Of a stretch of 64,000 bases of DNA, positions 10,200 to 19,534 are shown one piece after another. Within the stretch, counting starts at the first letter, position 1. Every line of letters begins with the position of its first letter. Source of the DNA: Eremomyces bilateralis CBS 781.70 (lineage: Eukaryota); the NCBI GenBank assembly GCA_010015585.1, contig ML975150.1. The stretch is one strand, 5' to 3'. The notes beneath the pieces are model-generated. The model had not been told where the DNA came from. It saw only the letters and a list, made by a program, of their open reading frames with translations, and searched no databases. Made by a program: the position numbers and the translations under genes.

Positions 10200-13100
10200 T
10201 GCCGAGCCTTCGACGTCTCCCGCTTCTTCCGTTTCATTCGCTCATGGGCCTCAGGATCATTCACCGCATCCAACTTCCGCTTGACTCTCCTCTCCTCTCG
10301 CCTCTGGGCCGCCGCCTCCTTCGCCTTCTGATAATGTCTCACATACTCCGTCGTCCCAAGCTTCTTCTGCAACCCGCTCATGATGCCCTGGCTGGTATTG
10401 ATGGTTTCCGTCAGGAGTTGGTTGTACGTGACGTTCAAAGATTTTGCTTTCGGTTGGCTGGGGTCCGTCATGTTGTAGAGCGATGGGAGGAAGACATGGA
10501 TGGATTCGGAAAGGACATCTTTGTCGAGCGTCTCACATAGAGATGCCATTAGGTCGATCGCGGCCTTCTTCACCCGGATGGTTGGGAGTAGTCCTCCTGG
10601 TCCTTCTCTGCGGACAACGTAGGCGAGGCGCGAGAATATCAGACTTGCGCCTGGGATACTCCTGCTAGCCTGCTCGACTTCCTCGGACTCCGACTCATCG
10701 TTTTCTAATTCTTGCTCTTCTTTTTGCGCCAATGACCGGCGGGAAACGAGAGGGACCTGGGTTTGAGCAACGAGACGGGCAAGAGCCAGCAGATTCCGGG
10801 AGCAGTACTTCAACAGCTCATCGGCTGGCTCAGGCGACTCAAATGCCCTTAGATGTGACTTGGTCAACCCGATGAGCTCGTCGTCACCAAGATCAAACGA
10901 AGGAGCACTCTTTTCCGTGCCCGCCTTTTCGTTCGATACCTTGGTCCGGAAATACTGATCCAGGTATAACCCAATTAGCTTCGCGGCCATCCCCTTGACC
11001 CATTGGTGAGGGAACCAAAGACACTGCTGCATCGCCTCCCACACGGGCTTAGTCTTGGAAGAAAACGCACGCTGAGGAGCAATGGTGCAAAACTTTTCGA
11101 ACGTCTGCAGGGAGAAATAGATGGTTTCCCAGTTGTCGCGATCGGACATCGTCGTAGGATCGCTGAGAAATTCCGCCATCCAACTGAGGAAAGGACCAAC
11201 ATCTCGGTTGTCATCGCCGATGACCTCGAACCACAGAGCCCAGATTTGGAGGGCAGCATGTCGCAAGGCATCGGACTCACTCTGGCTGAGCCAGTCTTGA
11301 AGTAGGCGTACAGTTGTGGACCTCTGCTCGGATTCCGCGCGCTGCATCGCTTCTTTGAGTAGAATTCCTGCCATCGCCCGGCAACTCTCGGACTCGTCGT
11401 TGATGATGACCATCACAAGGGGCACAAAAGCCGACTTGATGACCTGCTGGACTAGGTCCTCTCCAAGCTTCGTCAATACAAGATGCATCAACTCCATCGT
11501 GGATTCTCGACCTTCCTCGTATTGATATTGGAGGTTCTTGACGAGGAACTGAACTTGCTTGGAGAATCGGTCTTTGCTTTGCGGACAATTCGTCAAGAAC
11601 AGGAAGTAGGTCGACCTTGCCATGGCTCGGGTTGACTTTGTCTGGTTCGTGATCATGATTCTCGCCACGGTATCCATGGCTTCGTAGAGCTCAGGCATTA
11701 CCATCTTACGGCCAGTGACGGCTTTGAGCAAGCTGAACATGACACCTTGTCGCTCTGGTTCTTCAATGTCGGTCCGAATACGCTTCAAAATATGCGCAAT
11801 GTGCTTCTCTTTGACCATCACATCTTTTCGGTCCTTCAATACGGCAACAATGAGCTTGAGGGCGGCTTGAGAAAGTTCAGTGCCAGTATTTGGGGCACCC
11901 TCCACGATGCGGACGGCTTCTGCCACGAATACTGGCGCATCGGTGGCGAGTCGTGGAAGGGGGGCCGCGATTATCGATGCTGCAAGTCGCATTGCGGACA
12001 TTTGAACCTCTTCGTGTGATGCCAGAATCGAGTCGCAGATTGGCGGCAGTAATCCGGAAAGATTCTCGGGCGTCTTCAAGTTTGGGTGCTTTTGAAGGAC
12101 GGATCGAAGCAAGTCGAGCCCGAAGCGGACGAGCTTATACAGCAGGGAGGCTCGCCGTGCGCCGGCTGCCTGCTTGGTGGGTTGCTGTAGGATCTCGAAG
12201 CAGAAAATCAAGATGCCTCGGTCTGAGAGTGCGGGATTCTGCATGATACCAAGTCCAATGCGGCGGAGAAATTCGTCCACTTTCCGAATCATGGCCAGCG
12301 GAAGGTTTTCCGTCAGCAATACGCGGAGTGGCTGGATCAGACTTGCGATACTTGACTGCGTGCAAATCTTCGACACAATCTCCATCGCGTCAAAGCTCTT
12401 GTTGCTCTTCACCTCCTTCATTTGACTGATGTAGTCTTCTGATTCCTTCTCCTCTCCGACTGCGCCAAACGTACTGTCCATCATCACGTTGACTAGGTCT
12501 TCAAGACAGTAGTCGAGATCACCAGCGGATATAGTGGGTATCAGTATCACAAGGAGAGTGTGCACTGTGAATGAGAAGACATGGCGTTGATAGCCTCTCT
12601 GAAGAGTGGAGTTGAGACTCTTGATGACAAAGCCAACGGATTGAGGTCCCAATGCGGTGACGATATCCGCAATCGCTTTCCGTGCAGTATCTCGAGTGTC
12701 GGCCGATTTGCTCCGAAGCACCGCGGATACTTCAGAAAGTAGCGAAACCAGCTTCTGTTCGAATTCATCATCCGTTAACAGTTTGATGGTCTTGGCGTAA
12801 CATGGTGCAAGTATCATACGGGACTGAACCGTGTCTTCGTCTTGCTTGTGGAGGAATTGGTATAGTGGCGGTAGAACGCCATCTGTGAGGTCGCGACGGA
12901 ACTTTGTAGGGCTCGTGATTGATTTCGACAAGGCAGTCTCAACGGCGTCGCTCATGTCAACATCCCCGTCAGCAGCATCCTCAGATTTCTTCAACTTTGA
13001 AGCGGAGCGGCTTAGGGAGTCCAAATAAGACGAGATCAGCCGGGTGAGTGTCTTCGTTTTTGCCTCAGGTGCCTTCAAGCGACCGCAATGTTTCTGAAGT

Positions 13101-16100
13101 ATCGCCCGCATCTGAGACCAAGCCAACCATGCCGCAAGCGAGTTGATGGCTATAATAGCCTCAGTGACCAAGTTGTGGTGATTCTCAGCAGTAGTCTTAT
13201 CAAGCACAAAGCTCTCCATGAGTGGAATGAGGACTTGGCTGACAACGAAGGTGGTGAACTGCCCTGTCTGGGCTTGCTCGGCCATACGACGCATGGCTCG
13301 TAGACGCCTATGGTGTTGGATGTGGAGAATGTTGGCGAAAACGGACGCCTCCTCATCGCCATTCATCAGAAGTGGTCCGAGTGAGCTCACACTAGATCCT
13401 GAGGGATACTTGGCGACCATTACTCCAAGCAAGCCAACAAATTCTGCGCGGACTTGCTCATCATGGGCCCGAAGGCCTTTGATGAGGTCTGGAAGGATAA
13501 CGCTCTCGACCTGGCATTTATAGGCAGCACATTCTTCCTCTGATTTGGTGCCTGAGACTTCAATGAATCGTCGTACGGTGAGTGAAGCGCTGGCTCGGAT
13601 AGATAGCTCATCGGGAACTTTCAGAAAGTGGAGTGCATTGTAAAGGATTGGAAGCCATTGTAATGTGGTCAATGAGGAATACAGAGTCTCGTTGACTTGA
13701 TGGTACGCTCCGAGTCTTTTGGTGAAATCCGGTTCGCTCAAGTTCCGGTACTCCACACTGTTTAGCTCGCGGCATATAGTGCTGATTCCTGCCAGGGAAT
13801 CATTGATTTGAGATAGATCATCCACCACGTCGCACAGAAGCAGTCGTATTTCGGGCTTTCCTGGGTCACCGAAGATGGAGGAAATGATACGATATAGCCG
13901 TTCAAACTCATCGGAAGCTGCATCCATCTGAGTCCGGGGAATGAAATGGTGTAGAATCCTCAGCAGATCCGTCTTGACCTTCTGATTCAGTTGTCCTTTC
14001 GGCTGTTCCAGCAGACTTGACACCAGCATAACTAGCTTTTCGGCGCTCTTTTGGGTGCGGACCAAGCCCGAGAATGTGACGAGCGTGCTTAGACTTGCCT
14101 CCAAGACCGGCTGCTCGGATCCCTTCTCGATAATCGCAGCAATGGAATCGAGCGCGTAGTCAACATCGCGAAGCAGTGATTCCTGGATCGTTTGGCTTTG
14201 CAAGCCGCTTTCGGAGGCGAGTTCGGCTAGGCCGTCCAAAACTTGAGAAAGGACAAACACTTGCACTTCGGCCTTCGCGTTCGGGGTTGTCAAGCAGTCA
14301 ACAACACTTTTCAGCATGCTGGGATATTCCTGAGAGAGGAAGCACGCCGTTGCTGAGTTGCCGTAGAATAGTCCGACAAGTTGCAATAGACCCGAGACAG
14401 CCTGAGCTTGTTCGCCCGCGAAACTGACATCTCTATCAAACACAGCGGTGCTGAGAATGATAGGAACATATTTGGTCCAGTCGATTCCAGTTCCATGCTC
14501 GAACAACATCGCCAAGCATTTGTATGAAATACTGCGTACAACCTTTTGCCTCTCCGGGGATGCCGCGTTGTTTGATGATGAAGGGTAAGATCTGAGGAGG
14601 CAGTAAAGAATTGGCTCAACAACATCCGCTGCAACTGACTCCGCCGACGATCCAAGGAAAGCCAGCAGATCCCTCAGCATTGTGAGCACGCCTTGCTGCC
14701 GTCGTATGTCTAGAACGTCCTCGTTGAGCACATCTTGGTCCACATCGTCACCTTGGAACAACTTGACGTCTCTCAAGGGGCCAAAGCAAATCCGAATGTA
14801 CTCCAGCAAATCTTCGGCCGGAAATCTCGTCAATGCGCCAAATATGGCACGTCGTTTGTTTTCCGGACGGTTGGCAGCACTGCGCGTTCCTGATTTGGTG
14901 ATGGCTTTTCCGTAAAGTAGCCGGAGCACTATCGGCATAACCACAGGTCGATCTGTGGGCTGCAGAGCGGAGTCGTCGTCGACGTTTCCCAGGAAGATGG
15001 TGATGCGATCCTTAAACTTGGCATCGTCAATGAGGTCAAAGAGTGCCTCTTGATACTTCAGTAAGCTTGGTGATTTCCAGGTCATCAGAGCCTTCATTGC
15101 GCTTCGTTGGATGTCGGAATCTCCAACCGTGAGAAGTGTTGATAGAGCTCCGTGAACTTCGGACGATTGGTACAACGCTTTCGGATTTTTGAATTTACTG
15201 AAGAGTGAGAGGAGCGACTTCCGTTCCTTGACATCCAGAGTAATGTCCAAGGAATCCTGCTCCTGCTCAGCTTCGTCATCTTGAGTGATTTCGTCTGCGT
15301 TCACTTGGGACAGAGTCTCGGTCCATTTCATCAGGAAAGGGACCAATTCTCGCGACCTCTTCTCAGCCATATGCGGTACTGCATTGAAAACTCGCAAGGC
15401 TTGTTCTTGGCGCGAGATGGTTGAATCGGGGTTGATGTCATGCGCTTGTTTGAAAATGGTTCGAAGGTGTTCTTCGGCGTGCTTCTCCTGGTGAAAGGAC
15501 TTTTCGAACGATTTGACGGTCCTCTCGAGAAACGTATTCCCATGATGCGGGAGGATCCAATCGTCTTCTTGTTCTTCATCTTCATCTGGTTCGGCCTCAA
15601 TAGCGTTGCCCTGGTCCGGCCCTCGCAGCCACTCAAATGAGATCTGCGATACCACAAGCTCTCCCTCTTTCGATTCGACGATTGCTCTCAAAGTTTTGAG
15701 AATGTCTTCCCATATAGGGGCGAAATGGACAGTCAACAGTCCGAAGCAGTAGGCAGGAATACAGACTTTGAGAAGGGGATGTGAGGAGGCGGCGCTGTAC
15801 AAAGTAGCCAGCTTTCGTATTGGAATTCCGACAGCTCTACCTGTATCGATCGAGACAGGAGCGGATTCGATGGATTGTAGAGCATCAATGATTGGAACGA
15901 GAGGGGTTTCGCCCGCACAAAGCAGTCCCAGTGTATCGAGACAACAGTTGCGTAGCGAACGAGATGGTGCTGACAAGGCCATCTTCATAGAATCTGCCAA
16001 TCGATCGACCTGGGCTTCGGTGAGATCACTCAAGCGGCAACCGCTTCGGCAGCGCATGCTCATTGCTTCCCAGAATGCAGGTGCGAATGCAACGCTGGGC

Positions 16101-17860
16101 GCCATTTCACAAATGGAGGCCCAATCATCGTGAGGAGTGGAGGAATCCGCCGATAAAAGGCATTTGTGAGCGTTGCCAAGAGAGAACAAACGTAAATCCG
16201 AACGCATCGAATCTTTAGTGTGCTTGAGGGTTCGAAGCAACAGGTTTCGAAGGGTCTTCGTCAAATGCTTCTCGATATCCAGATTTAGTCGTTGCTGAGA
16301 GGGGAGCTCGAGGAATACATTGCAGAGCCAAAGTTGAGATTGAAATGATGGATCGTCAGTCTCAGCTGAGCAAAGGGTATTGAAGAAAGAGCACATCCTA
16401 TTCTTCCACGCTTGTGGAATGACAATAGGCCGCCCTTGACCGCTTAATCTCGGTAGGATATTAAGCAACGAGGAGCAAATCCCTGTCTCGTAGGCGTTCC
16501 ATTGCTCGGTGACGAATCGTTGAAATAGAGCAAGCAAGAAACCGTCGAATCGTTCAATGCCGAACTTTGCAAAGAACTCGCAGAATGCAACAAAGTATGC
16601 TGCCCATGGCTCGCGGATCAAACGGTCTAGCTGCTTCGATCGTATCAACATGACGTCCAATGGACAGCGTTGCAACGCGAGAACCGAAAGACCGAGGACA
16701 TCCGGTGCAATATCCGCGTGGTTTACACCATTGCCCTCGACAAACGACATCGAGAGATCGATGCATTGAAAGACACCTTTCCAGTCAACCTCCGAACGAT
16801 CGCGGCAGACGGAGATTGCGGAAAATAGCAAGTTGACAAGGAATTTCCATTGGGTCAAGGTGAATTCTTTTGCTTGCGCAATTTCCAGGATGACGCTGAT
16901 CAGTGAGGCATGTGCCTCCGCACAGAGTTCGGGTGATATCTCCACAAAGATTCCGGAAATGATGTCGGTCATCAAGTGCGTGCGGAAGGTGTCAGTTGAC
17001 AACTCGACGGCAACAGTCACCAACTCATGTAGAATAGTGGGACCGTTAAGATGGACTCTGTCCTGTATGCCCTTGATAGACTCGACATAGAGGACAATTA
17101 GACCGCCTTGGAAGGTTTTTGACGGTGGGTCAGCCTCGGCAGCTGACTCAAGAGAGTGTTGAACTATGGCATTCAGAGCTTTGTGCTCCTCTTTGCGACT
17201 AGAAGCAGCTTTTCGAATGAGAAAACTCAGAGCTTCTGCAGCAAATCGAGAGAGGAACGGTTTCTCATGAGACGCGCCAAGTAGGGGTTCCATGAGGTCA
17301 AAGACAGTCTTGATATCCTCGATAAGGACCCTAAAGAGGAATTTGAACAGCCAAGCAAGGCACATAAAGCTCCACTCAATGACTTCAACAGCATTGTGAC
17401 GGAGCACAAGTCCAGCAACCGCATTCACGGTCGTTGGGAAGTACTTTTCGAATCTGACTCCCAAATCCCGGGCAAAGCTAGAGACTAGGGAAAGCAATGG
17501 TTCAAGAGATAAGGTGTCTCCTAGACCAATATGCTCGAGGAGCAGCTCGTGTATCTCTTTTTCATGATGGAGAATCTGGGGTAGTGTCTGGGATAGAGGT
17601 CGAACTTTCTGAGAAAAGTTTGTGAAGTTTCCGGAAAGATTTATATCTTCCCATCGTTCGAGAGAAGTCCTGAAGTAAGAACTGGTGTCATCAGAGTCAA
17701 TTTCCAACCGCTCATTTCGGGTGGATCGGATGGGATCGATGCTGATGTTCGCAATGCGTCTTGTAAAACTCTGAAACCGGTGACGGTTGCCATTTCCATG
17801 CTCTTTCTTTTCGCGGATTTTACTCTTCGGGCGAGACAGCCGCTTGGTTTTTGGAGGCAT
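10154..17860 (-). CDS. UTP20: U3 snoRNP / SSU processome HEAT-repeat protein Utp20
   Basis: 2568-aa intronless ORF; N-terminal HRFQSF..ISIDP..F..SLERWEDINLS..LPQILHH; NILHIQHHRRLRA; LQRGYQRHV; MKEVKSNKSFD; QFLVKNLQYQYEEGRES; basic C-terminus. Confidence 0.93.
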   Translation of the reverse strand: MPPKTKRLSRPKSKIREKKEHGNGNRHRFQSFTRRIANISIDPIRSTRNERLEIDSDDTSSYFRTSLERWEDINLSGNFTNFSQKVRPLSQTLPQILHHEKEIHELLLEHIGLGDTLSLEPLLSLVSSFARDLGVRFEKYFPTTVNAVAGLVLRHNAVEVIEWSFMCLAWLFKFLFRVLIEDIKTVFDLMEPLLGASHEKPFLSRFAAEALSFLIRKAASSRKEEHKALNAIVQHSLESAAEADPPSKTFQGGLIVLYVESIKGIQDRVHLNGPTILHELVTVAVELSTDTFRTHLMTDIISGIFVEISPELCAEAHASLISVILEIAQAKEFTLTQWKFLVNLLFSAISVCRDRSEVDWKGVFQCIDLSMSFVEGNGVNHADIAPDVLGLSVLALQRCPLDVMLIRSKQLDRLIREPWAAYFVAFCEFFAKFGIERFDGFLLALFQRFVTEQWNAYETGICSSLLNILPRLSGQGRPIVIPQAWKNRMCSFFNTLCSAETDDPSFQSQLWLCNVFLELPSQQRLNLDIEKHLTKTLRNLLLRTLKHTKDSMRSDLRLFSLGNAHKCLLSADSSTPHDDWASICEMAPSVAFAPAFWEAMSMRCRSGCRLSDLTEAQVDRLADSMKMALSAPSRSLRNCCLDTLGLLCAGETPLVPIIDALQSIESAPVSIDTGRAVGIPIRKLATLYSAASSHPLLKVCIPAYCFGLLTVHFAPIWEDILKTLRAIVESKEGELVVSQISFEWLRGPDQGNAIEAEPDEDEEQEDDWILPHHGNTFLERTVKSFEKSFHQEKHAEEHLRTIFKQAHDINPDSTISRQEQALRVFNAVPHMAEKRSRELVPFLMKWTETLSQVNADEITQDDEAEQEQDSLDITLDVKERKSLLSLFSKFKNPKALYQSSEVHGALSTLLTVGDSDIQRSAMKALMTWKSPSLLKYQEALFDLIDDAKFKDRITIFLGNVDDDSALQPTDRPVVMPIVLRLLYGKAITKSGTRSAANRPENKRRAIFGALTRFPAEDLLEYIRICFGPLRDVKLFQGDDVDQDVLNEDVLDIRRQQGVLTMLRDLLAFLGSSAESVAADVVEPILYCLLRSYPSSSNNAASPERQKVVRSISYKCLAMLFEHGTGIDWTKYVPIILSTAVFDRDVSFAGEQAQAVSGLLQLVGLFYGNSATACFLSQEYPSMLKSVVDCLTTPNAKAEVQVFVLSQVLDGLAELASESGLQSQTIQESLLRDVDYALDSIAAIIEKGSEQPVLEASLSTLVTFSGLVRTQKSAEKLVMLVSSLLEQPKGQLNQKVKTDLLRILHHFIPRTQMDAASDEFERLYRIISSIFGDPGKPEIRLLLCDVVDDLSQINDSLAGISTICRELNSVEYRNLSEPDFTKRLGAYHQVNETLYSSLTTLQWLPILYNALHFLKVPDELSIRASASLTVRRFIEVSGTKSEEECAAYKCQVESVILPDLIKGLRAHDEQVRAEFVGLLGVMVAKYPSGSSVSSLGPLLMNGDEEASVFANILHIQHHRRLRAMRRMAEQAQTGQFTTFVVSQVLIPLMESFVLDKTTAENHHNLVTEAIIAINSLAAWLAWSQMRAILQKHCGRLKAPEAKTKTLTRLISSYLDSLSRSASKLKKSEDAADGDVDMSDAVETALSKSITSPTKFRRDLTDGVLPPLYQFLHKQDEDTVQSRMILAPCYAKTIKLLTDDEFEQKLVSLLSEVSAVLRSKSADTRDTARKAIADIVTALGPQSVGFVIKSLNSTLQRGYQRHVFSFTVHTLLVILIPTISAGDLDYCLEDLVNVMMDSTFGAVGEEKESEDYISQMKEVKSNKSFDAMEIVSKICTQSSIASLIQPLRVLLTENLPLAMIRKVDEFLRRIGLGIMQNPALSDRGILIFCFEILQQPTKQAAGARRASLLYKLVRFGLDLLRSVLQKHPNLKTPENLSGLLPPICDSILASHEEVQMSAMRLAASIIAAPLPRLATDAPVFVAEAVRIVEGAPNTGTELSQAALKLIVAVLKDRKDVMVKEKHIAHILKRIRTDIEEPERQGVMFSLLKAVTGRKMVMPELYEAMDTVARIMITNQTKSTRAMARSTYFLFLTNCPQSKDRFSKQVQFLVKNLQYQYEEGRESTMELMHLVLTKLGEDLVQQVIKSAFVPLVMVIINDESESCRAMAGILLKEAMQRAESEQRSTTVRLLQDWLSQSESDALRHAALQIWALWFEVIGDDNRDVGPFLSWMAEFLSDPTTMSDRDNWETIYFSLQTFEKFCTIAPQRAFSSKTKPVWEAMQQCLWFPHQWVKGMAAKLIGLYLDQYFRTKVSNEKAGTEKSAPSFDLGDDELIGLTKSHLRAFESPEPADELLKYCSRNLLALARLVAQTQVPLVSRRSLAQKEEQELENDESESEEVEQASRSIPGASLIFSRLAYVVRREGPGGLLPTIRVKKAAIDLMASLCETLDKDVLSESIHVFLPSLYNMTDPSQPKAKSLNVTYNQLLTETINTSQGIMSGLQKKLGTTEYVRHYQKAKEAAAQRREERRVKRKLDAVNDPEAHERMKRKKRETSKARQKEVSMEYRGRRRGW

Positions 17861-18028
17861 GGCTCCGGATATTGTGGTCGAATATTATGATTTTTGATCG
17901 TTGAACATCATCCATTGAAGAGGCGTGGAAAAAAAGTTGATACTCCAGCAATTTCACGTGATATGGCGGTGAACTTTCACCCGGCGGACTGTATAAGCCA
18001 GACCGTAGTTTGGGTGTTATCTTCTCGA

Positions 18029-18056
18029 CTTTTTTCTCATCCAACTTTTTCTCATC
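18029..18056 (-). promoter_or_regulatory. Two GATGAGAAAAA motifs (PAC-core-like plus A-tract) upstream of UTP20
   Basis: Two copies of tttttctcatc about 170-195 bp upstream of the UTP20 ATG; GATGAG is the core of the yeast PAC ribosome-biogenesis element. Confidence 0.4.
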
Positions 18057-19534
18057 AATTACTTATTCACCTAGAGTTTAGACGTCGAGGACGCATTTTG
18101 AATGTTCCTGTCTCGAGGTTATATTAGCTGGGGAGAGCATTGACTACGGTCTACCTATCGAAAGAAGCGCTGCCACTTTCTATGGGTAGTGTCTCCGTTG
18201 GATGGGCACATTCTTCCGACTTCTCGACTTCTCGACTTCTCGCCGAACTAGATCTATCGTAATGATTGACTGTAGTCCCACGGATGGAGCATGAGCGGAA
18301 CCTCCAACTATTGGCAGACGGCGAACTATCTCTCGTATGAGAAGACGGGCTTGCCCGTCAAGGGAACTCTGCAGTTTCTGGTGTGGATGCGTTTAATGTA
18401 CTGGTCGGTTTGGATGATATTATTGCCGCATGCCGGCACCGCGATTCGACCCACCAGGCGATCGGCTAGATTATGTGCTACAATTCGGTCGCCTAGTTTG
18501 TCTGGAGAGCATATGTTGGTACATCATCTCGATCGCTCGGATCTGTTTCCGATACGGTAAGATAAATGAAATTGGCTGACCACTCCCATTCTAATGTCCC
18601 CAGCTGCAGGAACGGGCAGATGAGGTATGGAAGTACAATATCGCTAAATATATTTTCATCATTCGATTAACAGGGATTGGAGATTCAGTTAGGTTGAGTA
18701 CCATGTACCCACCTAGGTTCGCCGAGCCACTCAGCTTTGCATTGCCTCATGCCTTGTTGTCTATTTGACCGCTTGCGAAGGGTTGCTTGGATTCAAATAC
18801 CTCTCAACTACTTTTATTTATTATTCAACCTAGTCCAAGTCTTCCAGAGCTTTATCGACGCTGAGTGAGTTATAATATCTCTATGACCCTGCCGAGGTAC
18901 CTCATTTTCTATTATACTTGCGCGCCGGCGTCAGATATATTGGCCTTAAGCCAGGCTTCAAATTGAATGCTAACATCCACGTTCATTGAGCAAATCGGAT
19001 CACGGCAGAAACACCAGCATCACTTCACCCTATACCAGGTGCAGCTTGTACTTCGTCTTAGCGTTCACGGTGAAGCGACGATGGCCACACTCGGGGGCTA
19101 CTCCTAGCATCGTGATGTTGGGTTTATAGGGTTTTGCGCCGGGTCACTCGGCGCCTTGAGGTCCTTTAAACTAACCAGACCTGTCGGCTCATCAGCCGAG
19201 AATAGCATCTAATACTGCCCAAGGCCTGGAAACCAATTAGGGATTCCTTCTTCAGAAAAGTACTTAATATAAACCCAATAATGGACCGCATTATCAGCTC
19301 GAGCACATGAAGGCCTATGGAAGAGCTGCGGCGAAGAGGTAGAAGATGTGATTACTCAAGGTAGAGTCAATCAATCTATGATTGCTAAGGCATCATATGA
19401 GAGCCAGGGGCGGAAGAGGAGCCATGCCATATATTCCTACTCATGTCACTCCATATGTGCAGTGCTATTCTAGCTTTCTCTATCGTCAAGTCTTTCGTTT
19501 CAGTCACTCTTTTACAGTCATTCATTTTGCCATC